Shown: positions 10,401 through 24,673 of the stretch, piece after piece | Layout: every line of letters begins with the position of its first letter | Position numbering within the stretch: the first letter of the stretch is position 1 | Origin: Polymyxa betae A26-41 | Taxonomy: Eukaryota; Protista; Endomyxa: Phytomyxea | DNA length: 64,000 bases | Direction: 5' to 3' | NCBI GenBank assembly: GCA_003693705.1 | Contig: RBZT01000588.1 | Span: 1-64,000 of the forward strand | The notes under the pieces: model-generated | The model's input: the letters and a program-made list of their open reading frames with translations, nothing else | Database searches by the model: none | What the model was told of the DNA's origin: nothing | Program-made: the position numbers and the translations under genes

Positions 10401-12372
10401 GATAAAATCGTGGCAGTACGCCACTTTGCAAGCGTTCTGGAAATCCTGATCACTGGCCTCCGATCCGTTCTTCCCATACAGTAAATTCGTCCGAATTGTG
10501 CCAGTAAAAAGAGTCGGTTGCTGAAAGACGACTCCTGCACATGGTCAGTGCAATCACGAAGATCACCAAAACATTTAAGCACCGATATGTTTCCGCAACG
10601 AAGCGACATTCACCGAGCGAATATCGACGCCATCGATCGTGATTCGGCCGCTATCCGGATCGTAGAATCGATTAAGCAATTGACCGATCGTGGATTTACC
10701 ACTCCTGAAATCGAGCGATAAACAATACAGAAAGAGCCAAATTGTTCGCGTCTACCCGGTTTCACCAACCAATGCACAAGATGTTCCAGGTGGGATGGTC
10801 AGATTCAGGTTGTCCAAGATCTTCTGATTCGGTCGTGTCGGATACGAGAAGCACACATTCTCGAATTTGATTTCGCCTCGTACAGGGACTGATAGCGTGG
10901 TACCTAAATAGCCGAAACAAACTCAGCTAAACATTCATCGAACTCTCCCTTCATACCGGTCTCGTCCAGCGGATCAATTTTCGATTTCCTTTTGATAACA
11001 GCCCAGATCCCAGGTGCACATCCGATACCGCCCGTGATATTGGTCACAGATGGACCCATTTGCCCTGAAATAAATCAGCGACAAGGTTTGTTACGACCAC
11101 AGGCCACACAAACCAAGGCCGAATGCTCCCATTAGGACTGAGAAGAATACCGCCAGAACTTGGCCCTGGCTGTATTTTCCGATAGCAATCATATGACCAC
11201 CGAACCATAGAGCACCGCCATCTAAAATGATTCATGAACTGCAATGAACCCCAGACCCCGCAGTGGATTCATACAGGTTAAGAACATAGTTCCCCACATT
11301 GCGCCAATCGACATTCCAACCATGAGGCCTTTTCGAATGCCCGACTGGGCAGCAGATTCCAGTTTGGACGAGAACCTGTTTAGTTCTCGATCCTGAGATC
11401 TGAAGATCTTGACAGTTCGAATGGCAGAGAGCACCTAGAGAAAGTTTTAAATAAGCAGAATTGTATAAATGACGAGGATTTAGGACCTCTTCGGAAACGC
11501 TACCAGCCGAAGCGAAGGCTTCGCGGCTATCGGAATTGTCCTTCTTTAGATACTTGCCAAAGATTGTGGCTGTGACAGACAATACAGGGACCGAGCATAG
11601 AATCACGAGAGTGAGCTCCCAGCCTTTGTAGAGCCCAACTCCCAACCCGCCAATAAACATCGCAATAAACTGAAAACAGTTGCCGACGTTTTGCCCTAAA
11701 GCGTCCCGAACCTGTCGCCGTTATTGGGACGAAAACGTGAATCCTTTCCAGGAACCTACCTGCGATATATCGGCTCCAATGCGCGTCGACAACATGCCGG
11801 GCTCCTGGCTGTCGTACCAGCCCACGTCCTGTCGCAGAAGCGACGACAGATAGAGACGGCGGAGACGAAAGCCCTGACGATCGGCGGCCGTGGCCCATCC
11901 GGTCACCTGACAATCTGTTGAATGAAGGCACGAACGATGAATGATGCACCGAGATGAACGAAAACAATCAGTTTGAATGAAAATCGGAGCCTTTGCCGCT
12001 GACCTGCAACCAGGATCCGACGAATGACACGACACCGACGAGAACGATGTCGGTCGCCTTCTTCGTCACCTGGCGATGGAAGTCGTCGGGCGAGCTGGTG
12101 CCTCCGAACGACCCGAATAGATCGCCGAAAAGCAGCGAAAACGCTGCCGTTTTCTCAATTCAACCATTACAAATGAAAAGAAACTCGAAGAGACCTGGTA
12201 GGCATAGACCGTTGACAATGCCGCCGAGGGTCCCGACGATCATCAATATACAATCCAGTCGGTCAGCGAATTCAAACATGCTGAGATACGAAACTGGGGG
12301 ATCGGGCGGCCTGGACGCCTTGGTGTCGTCGGCCGGATTCTCGGCCATCTGGACGACAACATGATTGTCCAT
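7412..12372 (-). CDS. Full-length ABCB/MDR (P-glycoprotein-type) ABC transporter, many introns
   Basis: [24 protein letters not shown], Walker A GETGSGKST and GPSGSGKT, signatures LSGGQKQR and LSGGQRQR, Walker [13 protein letters not shown], and two AHRL H-loops. TMD-NBD-TMD-NBD order. Confidence 0.95.
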
Positions 12373-12729
12373 AATGACGCCTATTAGAAATGGCAGGAGC
12401 TATAAAGACACAATAGGTTACTATTGCCATGTCAGTGAGTGACAGAAACAAACAACGCATCCGTGCATGACGACGCAGTTCGCTCTGGGACCTGAATGAT
12501 GAGTTCGAGTTATCTGGGTGGCGGGAACCATCCCGACCCGACTTGCATGCAGGGAAGTCACAGAATTTTCTAGGGAATGTTGACCCAGAGGCTGCAAGAC
12601 CGCCTAACCGATTAAGAGCTGGGTTGCGGCGCGACAGATTTCGAGGGCGACATCTATCCAGCTTGAGGATGGGAATAAAAAAACAAGATGGAATATGTAT
12701 TAATCGATTTGATACAAGAGTAATGCTGA

Positions 12730-14257
12730 CTACGAAGACATCAGTTCCGGGCCGGTGGCTTCCAGATAGATGACAGCTTCATGAACCTTCTCAGTCCAGG
12801 TATTCAATTGGGTCCTAAGACTTTCCACCTGAACAAGAACGTTCAGGGAATACTGAACCATCAGAGGATAAGAATCGTGTTCCGACCTGCTGCATATTAA
12901 GAACACGAGGCTGGACACGTTTGATTCGAACAATTTGGACCACTTGGTCGATGACGCCTTGAATGACGCCAAGAGACATCGCTTTCATCAACAGCAACTC
13001 AACCTAAATTGGCGATGAATGCAACAACGAACGAAGTCGTCATAAAGATGAACCTCATCGATCGTTATCTGGCAAATCTTCGAGATTTCGTCGAATTTGA
13101 TGTTCCGATCGTTGCTGGGCCGCTTGAACACCATCTCCATCAAGTTCATGATGCGAATCTTTTGACGAAGGAATGCGGCGTTGTTGCTCAGAATGGGCTG
13201 TGAACCGCTGTTTTGCTTATAAAGCGCTTCGAACTTTTCAATTGAGCCCTTTGCGATAGTTTACAATGTGTAGTAAAGCTGAGCTGCTTCAGCATACCTG
13301 ATCGAATGCATTGAGCATGTCATTGATCCACTGGTGAGAAGTGCCCTTAAGAGAGTTCAGAATGGGATGCTGTAAAAGTTCACCAAAATTGTATTGGTCA
13401 TCGGACGCCAAAGCAGACAGACCAAGATTGCTGCTTAACTCAACCTGAAAACGTTCGTTAATACAGCCAGCAGAAACCAGATTGTAGCATACTTGTTGCT
13501 GCAATGGGATGTTTTCCAGAGGAGTGTATGACAGGTATAAAATCGCATTCCGGAAGAATTCAGCAGCGGTACCGACGACCTATTGGCGTCAATCAACTTG
13601 AAGAAGCAGAAGCCTTGGTCGCCGTACTTTATGATATTCCATTTTAACTTGGAACAGACGGCTCGGGATAATGGCGGGAAGCTCGGCCGGGTAAGAATCA
13701 AGTCCAGATTGAGCTTCCTCGAGACGGGCGTGGCATCCAGGGTGGTCTCCTTTCAACAATACCCAGGATGCTCTAAACAAAATGTTTCAAGGAGAGATAT
13801 ATCGTAGATACACGAGATGCAATACAGTTCCAGTTTCAGGAGCAGCGAAGGGCCAAATTCATTTTTTACTAGACTTGTCTTTGACTCGACAAATTCTATC
13901 TTCGATTGGATATCTACAAAACATCAGATCCTGATTCACCTGAAAGAAGTAGCAACCTTTAATCTGATGTGAAGCTTCAAAAACAATTTGCACCAAAGTT
14001 AACGGGTCGATTTCTTTAGCGCATTTTGAAACAAAATCGTTATATAATTTCAGAGTATTCTGGTCGGCGTTGAAATAGCCGGTCTTGATCGCTTCTGATA
14101 GTTTACAGCCTAGCTGATGCCATAATCTACAGCAGACTAAACTACAGCGACCCACGAATCAAGACAGCACCAACTTGTTCGTGAATAATTCACCGAGTTC
14201 CTGGAATACGTTGGCCTGGGCGGGTGCAACGGCGACCTGAGCGTTGATATAATCCAT
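12730..14257 (-). CDS. PSMD13: 26S proteasome lid subunit Rpn9/PSMD13
   Basis: MDYINAQ...ELFTNK|[61 protein letters not shown]. Confidence 0.93.
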
Positions 14258-14691
14258 AATCGATGACGAAGACAGCGGCGATAAGAAGCTCAGCAGAATT
14301 GTGCGTACTTAAAGAGACTCTGAGTTGTATGAAAGCTGTGTAACATAATCATAGAGTCTTCTGCTACGAGGTATAACTGGATCGGTTTCTCGTAATGTTC
14401 GAACAATAAACACGTTATTCATAATAGAGGAAGGTGAAATTTCGTTTTGTTAGGAATGAATCTCCTTTCGTAGATTTTCATGAATTGAGGGATCATGAAT
14501 GCTATAGTGGCCTAGAAAACTTGAATGGGCTGCACGAGAATATTGTCCCTTCGTTCTCTCTTGATCCGTTAGAAGCCATGATGGATACTTGACGCAACAA
14601 CATTGTCGACGAGACATATGCAAACGAAAAATTTTACAAATGAAACGAGTAACAGGCAACTAAGAGACAAATGGACAATAATTGCACTGTA

Positions 14692-17600
14692 TTATGACAG
14701 AAGCAAATGCGATTGGGGTTGCGATTGCCATCGCAAAATGCCGCCATCCACGTCCATGATGCTGTTCCCAGAAGCACGTTTTTGGACCAACCTTTGAATT
14801 TCTTCTTCAACAGTAGACACAGGTCCCATTATCCTTTCACTTAAGAAAGAATTTGACTCAGAAACAACATTAGCGCTCTCCAATGACCTGAAATGGATTT
14901 TCTTATTAACCAGAAGCAAAGCTTTGTGATAAAAAATACTGACCCGCGGATACGGCCAATTTCCTGTAAATAGTCTGGAAGATAAGGCGACATTCCTGCG
15001 GTCGAACGAATATGATACGTTGTGAAGTCGATCAGAATGAAAAGGCAATGCTCCAAAATGAACCTAGCGCATCATATGAAAATCGCCCAGACATCCGTTG
15101 CATGAAAACCCACCTATGCATCTGATCGAACATAACATTTCCCTCTTTGATTGGGCGGGTGACACTTTGTACTGTGTTGACGCAATAGTCGATGAGATCG
15201 ACAACAAAACTAATGGGTAAAGGAAATCCAGAGTCGGGATCAGAGCGTGCCGTTAAGTCGAACGAGAATAGATCGGTCAAATTTCGAGCCTAGACAAACA
15301 GAAAATTAAACAGCGGTCGAGAAGCAATATCGACAAATGCACCTGTTGCGAGCGAATAAAAGCTAAAGGAATAGAGATTGACTGCAAAGCAAGCGATTGC
15401 TCTCGACCAAAATTCTGAGGTGGTGAATACATAGCGGATGTCACTTGTCGAGACAGCGCGACACACGTCTGACAAAGAACACGTCGCTGTTCCTGAATAA
15501 TGCTGGTAGGCATTTCTCGAAAGCGACCTTGAATGTGCCCTATTTGAACATTGATATGAATATCAGATCTGAAACAGATATAGATACAATGTGCTCAGAA
15601 AACGAAAAGAATGAAAGTTGTTAGAAACCAGTTACCAATTTCGTAGCAGAACATGAAGCATCGCTGCACTTTTAGAAGGTTGTCGATATTCAATGGTGAC
15701 TCTAGATTGCATTGAAGCTGATTCCGGAAGACAACAGCGAACTCAACAATTTGTCGATGTAGCAAAGGTGATCTGGCAAGAATGTGTCAGAACAAATAAG
15801 CAGGAGACGCCGTATAGTTACATAGGTGACGTTACAACCAAGGCTGTGGCAATATCCAAGATCAGGCCCCAGATATCCGAATGTCGGCGCATCACTTCCG
15901 CTATCGATGAGCGAAGCCAGCTGTTGCTGATTGTGGATAAAACTCCGATCGACAATAGAATGTCGCTACAAGACGAGATATAAGTATAAAGGGAGCGGAG
16001 TGAAGAACGGAAGGGGTACCTTCCCTTTGGATGAACACTGATCGACATCACGAACATGAGGAAAATCTTCAATCGAGAATAGCTGTCCCCGGGGCTTCCA
16101 GCACGGGTTGGGGATAAGAAATGCGACGATAACGATTGAACCGCATTAATAATCTAAGCACGAAGTCGTAAGAAAACGGACCGCATCAAAGAGAAATCGA
16201 ACCTCGTTGGCAGCACTCAGCGAGCTGCATTGAATTAAGCCAGGAAGCTGCCGAGCGATAAACCCAGTCTGATCGAAAGCCGCCAGACGGGCTCCAATCC
16301 GAACAACAGTATCGGCCCAAAATGGAGGCAGAGAAACGTCACCCGATCCTGCCTCTTGACCACGATTGTAATGCCTGATCGCCTGAAGATTAAATACAGA
16401 CAGAATCGAATCGCAGATCAGCGCATAAACCGGCAGCTCTGGGCTGCGAATTCGTGAGCACGTTTCAACAGCATCTAAAACCACCGATTGATTCAGAAAA
16501 CGACGGATGGGAGTGGAAAAATTGAGGAAAAAAAAGCAGCGAAGACCAAACAGGCAAACAGCATTACCAGTGTGAAGCTGCAAGGCTTGCATTAACGCTG
16601 AGAGGTTGTCCTCACTAAGCGGAGATGAGCAGTGGTAGGCGATGGCAGCCAGCAACAGAGCTGCATCCTTAACGACCGACAATGGGATCCCTTCTAAAGA
16701 GAGAACATTGGCGGCCAGGACAGAGCGATGCTGAATGCGCATTTCCTCAGTAAATGTCGTCGCAGCGTTCAGTAAGACCGAATTCAGGAAGAGTTTCCAT
16801 TTAGTGACGCAGCACGACTGTGCGTTACGGACGGCAACAGACAACGACGCCCATTGCTCCGGAGTCGGCAATAAATCATGAAGCCAGGCATCGAATGGCA
16901 GGCTCGAAACCAGTGACAGACCGGTTGCAGGGTCATTAGCGTAAACGAGCTCGATCGACAAGATCTGAAAGGCATGCGACCTAAGCGAGCAGAATTAGAA
17001 ATAATACCATCAAAAATGGTGTTTGGAAGTACCGCACTTGCAAAGACGCAAGTCGAGCCATTTCCGAGTCGACCGGAATGGGATTGCTAAGCGCAAATGC
17101 AATGTTCGACCAGAACGTCTCCCCGAATTCTTGGACGACGCGATCAGCGATCATGGAAGTCGTTGTGGAGCGATATTGAACAGCAGCGACCCACAGCTGA
17201 GCAAATACAGACAGAGCCTAGAACAATTCAGGGACATTTGAAAATAAGCAATCTGGACAAAAGCGACTTTTTCGAAAACGACGGGATCGTCGCGTTTCTG
17301 GACCATTAACTCGTGCAGTGGTTTAATCAGATTCGTCTCAGAGTCGCTGGACTGAGAGAGCAATCGCTCAGCCAATCCAGGCTGGTACTTCAGCGCCGTA
17401 ACGATGAATTCCACAGCTGAATTCTGCAGAAAAACGACATCTAGAGCCAATAAGCGACCTACGAACAAGGCATCAGATTCGTGACATTCAGATCAGACGA
17501 CACCGTACAGCATTGACTCTTCAGGTCGACGACACGAGACTGGCTCAGGAGGCCAGCAACGGTAACAACGGGACGATCCATCAGCGAAGATAGTACGACC

Positions 17601-20325
17601 AAACGAGTCAGCGTGGCAATCGAGTGCCGAGCCCATTGGTATTCAGGCAAGTCCAGATAAAGAGCGATCGTCTGCATCAATCGGGCGCTATCCAGCCCGG
17701 ATCGGAAACAGACATCGAGCAGCGATTTGTTCAGTTGCTCGGATGAGTTCCAGTCGACGCGAATCGCCAGTAGAGATCGCACAACACGGAAAGCGTAACC
17801 GAGAAGTCCTGAAACAGCGTCTTTGATTCGAGTCGGAACACCGAATTCGAGGCGATCTCGATACGATAAAATCGGCTGAAAGAGCGCTCGTTGCATGGCC
17901 GATTCGTTACAAAGGCGAACAACGAGACGATGGCCAATCTGACCACGAAGAGTCAACTGCGAGCGCAGATCGTCACTGGACAGCAAAGAAGCAAACAGAG
18001 CAAAGACGGATTCGCCCAGAGACCAGCGCGATTTGTCGTCGGAAAACCGCCACGAATCATAGATGACGAAAACGTCATTGCACACAAAATCGATTAATCG
18101 ATTACAAAGATGAGCGAAATCGTCGATTGGAAAATGCAGATCAACCTCTGACTGAAGAAGGATTGACTCCAGAAGACGAATGATGTTACTCGTACCGCGG
18201 AACGCGCCCGATGCGATATCAATCTCATAGAGAAAGATGTGAGCGAGGTCGGGCAGCGCATATCGCTGCAGCTGCCGGTTGACAACGGCATCGAATTTAG
18301 GAACATGGCAGAGTAAGCCTAATAACGTCTCAACAAGAAATCCACCGTTGAAGGACGAGCCTATCATAACGATTAAGATCAACGAGAGAAAACGTCAAAG
18401 GCGCGAATCATACTGGAATCGAGCTTAATCGAATGGAGCGCAATGCACACAGATTCGATCATGTCTGGCGACAGCATTGCAGCAGCATTGAGACCGTTAC
18501 CGACGCTTTGCTCCTGTGATACGCTTCGAAACGTGAACTTGGCAAATTCCAAAAGGAATCCATCGGCAATACTAAACAGACCAGCAGAAACTGTCCTTCC
18601 GAATAGCGTCTGTAATTTGGTGAGGCAAGACGGATCCGCGGCTTGCAGTACGAGTAAGGCGCGCTCAGCGTTCAGCGGTGAAGCCGTCAGCATGACGAGC
18701 AGCTTCAAAAGACATTGACACTCGGCGTAATTCACCGACGGCAGTGGCGTCAGCTGCAGTGTCGAAACGACGTCCCGGAAACGATGGAATGCATTGTCGA
18801 AGAATGGGAACGACGATGGGGCCGAAGTGCCATCCCGGCACGATTCTTCAATCTCGGCCCAGATCCGGTCGCTCAGCTCGGCGTTGCCTTCCAACATGCG
18901 ACCGTACAAAGGCCCCAAATGCGCATCGTAATAATCAGGCAGAGCCGGAATGATGACATTCTGCACATCGGATCGAGACAACGCAAAGAACAGCTCGTGG
19001 TATGAAATTCGAGCCAACTGGGCGGCAAGATCCAGCAGATGATCGGCGTCGATCAGTTCAAGCACACTCAACAACACCTTGAAAACATCCAGGCGGACCG
19101 CAGCTGAGAGATGAGCTAGGACACGGTTCTGCAACGACGATACATGACGAACAGTGAGCGATTCACTAAATGGTATCAATCAGTAACGGTCCAATAGCAG
19201 CGACAATCTTGTTACGATCCAGAGAGTGTAATGTTACGATCCAGACATTGATACGTTAGGCAAAGATAGACAGCCCACGACAGCAGCATCGGCCCCGACT
19301 CCGGCAACGACGGCGACAAGCGGGTGAATAAACGTTCGTCTAAAGATAACGGCTCGGAAAGAACGGCATGAAACTCGGCAGATGGGTCATAGAGGCGCAA
19401 CGATAGCGGGTACAGCTGCATAAGACGGAGATAGATCTGCAGCCAGAGCGCCGATAGCGTGCATGATAGGCGCCGGCCCTCAGCAGACAGCAGCGTATAG
19501 AGCGACCAGCCGCCAGAAAGCTGCTCGCTGATATAGAGCTCTACCAGAATCGCGACCTGGGCAGCGTTCGGCGACGAGCGGATCACGAACAGATGTGCGA
19601 GTATAATCTGAAGCAGGAGCGCTTGCTGCTGGACGACATCGTCCGCCCAGAGACGAATCAGATCGGGTGATGGTAGCGACGGCGGCGTCGCCACACGCGC
19701 CAGGTCCCGAAATCGATTTAACACCGAATCGAAAAGGTCACCGCACTGTGAAATAACGTTCCGAGCAGCGCTGCAATACGGATGTGTGGCATCACCTGAA
19801 AGCAATGAGAAAAATGAAGATTCGACAGCAGATTTTGTATCGGTACCAGATGTCTGCAGTAGAATGGCCAAAAGCACATAAAGTTGGCAACGTTCCTGGT
19901 GATAGAAGGCGTAAAGCGACGGGAGGTCGGGTTCGGCAGCGGCGGATGTATGACGCTGCCGAACATATTGTGTCATGAGGTTCAGGGCGTCGTTGTATGG
20001 TAGACTCTATGGTCTTCGTTAGTGATGCAAAAATCGGATCAGTTTGCGATTACAAGACGATCGGCAATTGCTTGGATTTTCGGAATGGGTTGGCTTGGAG
20101 TAGCAGCACCAACCCCATCACGTTTGGTCAATCTGAGCTGATCCAAGATCTCATTCCGAAGTAGTTCTTGCTCCTGACGGAAATCAGCGGCGAGTCTGTT
20201 GGTGTCCAGCATCGTACCAGGCGAGCCAGCGACACCTGGGTCGGATCCGAATTTCGAATATACCGGCATAGTTCCGATGGCGAACGCAGCGCTGCCGCTG
20301 TCGATGTCGTGACAGCTGTAGTCAT
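14692..20325 (-). CDS. NUP188: Nucleoporin Nup188-like large alpha-solenoid protein (multi-exon)
   Basis: N-terminus ALRSPSELCRYI...LEQELL (after the first intron) resembles Nup188 RSSRELW..IEAEL. FYHQERCQLY..LL...HPY motif; FVIYDSWRF...RWSLG; FIVTALKYQPGLAERLL. The 3' end is approximate. Confidence 0.8.
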
Positions 20326-20444
20326 CTGCTTGAAATTTAATCACACATGAGATTTGATAAAAATGACCCAAATAGACAGAAGGTTTCTTCTCGGACTTTG
20401 CTTATAACGTTACTAAGGCGATGCTAAATAATTGAAGAATTGAG

Positions 20445-21073
20445 ATGAATCAGGTAATACAGAAATCTGGCAACGCTTGTACCAACTGGACCGCGTTCAG
20501 CATTGTAGAAATTTTGGAACGCTGTTAAGACTAAGATCAACTGGGAATTGAAAATATCGGAAAAACAGAGAAATATTGTGGCATCAAGAAAATCTTTTGC
20601 CGGTTGGGATGCTTTGAATTGGATTGGATTCGATGACTTTGTTGGTATCAACGGGCGGTGCGATATCAATAACACAGGACCTGAGGTACGCCGGTTTATC
20701 GCGTTTTGTGTTTCTCAGGAGCTCCTATTTCTGTTCTCAGAGCTGCCATGATTCACCCATTGGTTGGGATGCATTGCAGTCCCTCGATAACTGGAAAAAC
20801 AAATTCGAGAACGACGCCCCGATTCGCTACTGTTTCCCAACCAGGGGTAAGCACAACATGCTTATTCCTGGTTCGAATGAACCGATGGGACGAAACAAGG
20901 CTCAATGTTCAATGCTAAATTGCGAAAATATGCAATTCGTCAGCTTGATATACCTATGGCAAACTAAAGACAATGACTTCGCGCTTTATTTTGTGCTGTC
21001 CAAAATCGAATTGAACAATTTGTCTGGAAGTACAAGAGAGCACACATTCTGTTACGATTTGAAGCGAAAATAA
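20445..21073 (+). CDS. Small spliced hypothetical protein (two GWDAL motifs)
   Basis: Plausible GT-AG splicing gives MNQ|KFWNAVKTKINWELK...FAGWDALNW...GPE|SCHDSPIGWDALQSLDNW. No family recognised; 3' end uncertain. Confidence 0.35.
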
Positions 21074-21128
21074 AAATCCATATCACAGCTCTCGGAATTT
21101 ATTTTTGGCGTCTTAAACAGTCTATTAA

Positions 21129-23663
21129 TTATATATTCAAAGACATAATGCGATCTATATATCCTGGCCTTGAGGAATGGGCAATAATCCCAAGGACGCA
21201 AAGATCCTCAATTGCTTGAAGGAATCTTGCCTGCAGCTGAACCTCATTCGTCTTCTTATTATTCATACATTTGAATTTGCTGAAGATACTGCCATAATCC
21301 ACAGATATGCTTGGTGCTTCACATACATACTGGTACACCTTCAGTATATCCAGTTCGGGATGGTCGCAAAGGCTTTTTAGAAGGAACGCTTCAATATTAT
21401 CGATACTTAACTGCATCGGAAAGTGAATCAGGATGGGAATGATACGTTCAGAAAAGGGAATGCTACCTTCTCCAAAGCATTGGCATCATCGAAGAGAAAC
21501 TGGGTGGATCCTGGAAGCTTTGAAAGATGTGGCAGCTTCTCGTGAATAAAATCGCTCAAAAACTGTGACAGCCTTGCACTAACAGCGTTAACTGATGGAG
21601 CAGAAACCTTATCGGGAAGTGCTTGCAATAGACGCCTGAAGCACCGTTCAATGAGGAAAGAAAAACAAGAACGAGTGATCAACAGACTTAGAAACACGAC
21701 TGGACGCCTTGACAGAAGTGACCACAGTCGGTTGAGTGGTTTCGAGGTTGTCAAAATTATCGAGCAAATATTGCATCTGTTGCGCTTCCTTTTCCATCTG
21801 TGAATTAAACAGAATGTCATGCCAAAGGTTCAGCGTCTTTGTCAATGCTGGTCTGCTCCGACAAGTATTTAAACAATGCAGCAACTGGAAAATCGGGCCT
21901 TCACTGCTTCTCTTCGGATCAAAGCCTTGCACCGAAAAGAATCTTTCCAGGGGGGTTGTCAGACCCCCCATTGACAGGGACTTCTCGTTGGCAGTCCAGG
22001 TGTTATCCAGTAAATCGCAAAAAATTGAGAAAGCCTTCCAGCAATTTTCCCGAGTGATTTTCGACTTCGCCAGAGATTTTAGCTTCGGTTTACCGCTAAG
22101 GAATAGCATTACACCCGTCTTGATCTGGTGGCCCAAAACCCGCAAAGATTGGTTGGCGTCATCAAATCTACGCTGAAGATAACGAACAACATCAGGGCCG
22201 AATTGCACTGGCAGACGACAGCTGAGCAGAAGTTCCTGTAGAGCCTTATGAGCATGCTGAGACCGAATTGAGAATTCCCGAATTGTCAAGAATCTCGTTG
22301 TTTGAGCAAACAGAAATTCGTTCAGAATGGCAGCATGCGACGACACTCCAAGAACCAGAACGATATTGGTGATGCTGGTCAATCGGTGAATGACATTATT
22401 GACCAACGTCTGATCGAGACATTCAATACTATCGATGACAACGGCAAGCGGCGTCTGCGACGAAATCTTCGTTAAAACATCTTCCGGTCGAGGCGCCGTT
22501 TTACGTAGAACCTTCACCGAGCCGACGATGTTCCACAGACAATCAACAACACTGGTAGAGTTCTGTAGAAGACCGACTTGGTAGCCTCTACTAATAAGGA
22601 ACTGGCGAAGGCGCTCGAAACGCAACCCGTTATCAGAGCGGTCGATGCCTGTGGCGATCACGGCCGTTGGAAGCGAATGCGAGGGCGCCCGTATAAACTC
22701 GAAAACCGATTCAAAAAGTTCAGAATTCGAACGGGCAATTTGGTTGGCGATAACTTCATCAATCGTCTTCGACACATCATCAAGCAGATTGATAGCCTCC
22801 GTATTGAATGCAGAAGTCGCCTTGCCTTTACTCTGAGCGGGACGGAACTGCACCGAGTCGTGCAGCGAAATGGAAAGACGATCCTCACCATTATCATCAT
22901 CGTCGTCACATATCTCATCATCACTTGTTATACAGGTATCGACAGAATCCGACTCGAACTCTTCTTCGTCTTGGCTCATTGGATCGTCATTCTCATACTC
23001 GCCCGCAGATGAACAACATTCGTCCGAGATGACCATGGGCAATGCGATTCTCTCCTCAAGGCATCCGGCAGTAATGCTGGCTCGGGCTCGCCGCTTAGCC
23101 AATCTGGCAGTCTTGCCATTGACGATTGCCACACTGCAATCGTCAATCGCCGACACCGGCGATGGCGGAGCACTAGCTTCGATTACCATACTGGAGTCGT
23201 CACGCATTGATAACCTTCGCGAAGGCGGCCCGTGATCTTGGCACAAATACTGGAAGCCGGATTGTTGTTTTTGGAGAGATTCTTCCACCAAAGCGCACGA
23301 GGGATGGCACCGCCTTGGACAGCCCTTCGTTGAGCACTTCAACAAGATGCCTTGAGAATTCATGCAACTGATGCATTCAAAGGTCTTAGATCGTCGCCCG
23401 CCAGCAGATAAACAGACAGAATGGGACCAAGAGCCTTCTTCCGTTTGCATAACCGGCTGCCATTTCGCCGACGTCTTATCCCACAATACCAGGCATCGAT
23501 CGCATTTGTGGGCTTCTATTCCCTCCTTGCATGTGTCACATTCGAACGCCGCTTTTCGAGACGCGGCCGGATAGCAACCCCTATGAACAGAGACTGTACA
23601 GGTTCGGCAACGGCGAATGGGCCCGGCCTTACTTCCACAAACAGCACATCGTGGCAAGGCCAT
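21129..23663 (-). CDS. ORC3: Origin recognition complex subunit 3 with N-terminal PZP (PHD-Zn knuckle-PHD) module
   Basis: ORC3 motifs LPTAVIATGIDRSD, PLAVVIDSIECLD, IVLVLGVSS, LPVQFGPDVVRYL and winged-helix end QARFLQAIEDLCVLGII. Residues 6-144 carry a full C4HC3 + C2HC + C4HC2H ligand set. Two short 3' introns (first 21636-21687). Confidence 0.88.
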
Positions 23664-24673
23664 GTCCTCAACGAAGAAGACGAGGAGGCCGCACTCCGTC
23701 GCTCAAATCACCATCGTCAAAGCGTGCAAGTCTTCCCACTTCTCAGCTGGCTGGCTGAATGAGCTTCCAACAGCTTGCATATACCGGGCTTGGAGAAGTA
23801 ACTTCAAATCAATGACTGAGCAAGCACCTGAATTTATTTTTGTCTCAGCTTGTTTTTGAATTCGATTTGATTCGGCTAGTTTGCCGATCTTTGGTCAACA
23901 GGAGGAGCCAAAATCAGCCTGTTTCGTATCTTTAACAGTATCTGGCAACTGATTGAAAATTGTGTTTATATGAAGATAGGCCTTATGCTGCAACAAAGTA
24001 ATTGAAAGAATAAATGATGACATTGAAGCCAGAGACGTAGACTTGATGTCACTCATTGGTGATCCATATTTGTATCTGTAGAGTGCAGCCGCACGAGCTT
24101 CAATCGGAAGTGAACTGCGATAGTATATTTTTGCTCTGTAAGGAGCAATTCTGGGAGCAAGAACAAACGGCGTTTTGAAATAAAGAAAAAATGTATTTCA
24201 TCACAAGTTTCGGCAGATGGAAACGCCAAACTGCTCGTTGTACAGCAAATTGCGATAGCTCTCGTTGTACCACAGATTGTCAAAGAGGTGCTTCTCTTTC
24301 ATGATCTTTTATGCGGTTTTAAGTTCGTCGCTGGGCGATCTTCAGGTCTCACAAAAGTCACAAGATGATACTATGCTGATCCCTTCCAGTTTATCGTATC
24401 ACGCATGCTTGAAAATCAAGTTTATCATGGGGACAGGCTTGAGAAACGACGATGCCATCTGAAAACATATGCAAAAACAAAACATTTGCGTGCGCAAGTA
24501 TCTGAAAACTGTTGCGCGTTTTTGTTACTTTTCCTGAAATGACCTTCGCAGTCTTTTTCCAAACTTCCAATTCGCTTTCGCAAATTCGGATTGTGCTTTT
24601 TCTGTTACCGAGTCGCTCCTAAAGCCGTCATTACTGTTTACACGCTGTCATTTCCGTATGCTTTAAGAGAATC

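Noticed and set aside
12470-12700. Possible RNase P/MRP RNA (gggaagtc motif) between ABCB and Rpn9
   Set aside because: No matching P4 3' strand or CR-V motif found.
23860-24670. Short ORFs between ORC3 and the patatin gene
   Set aside because: No recognisable motifs or consistent splice model; probably a divergent promoter region.
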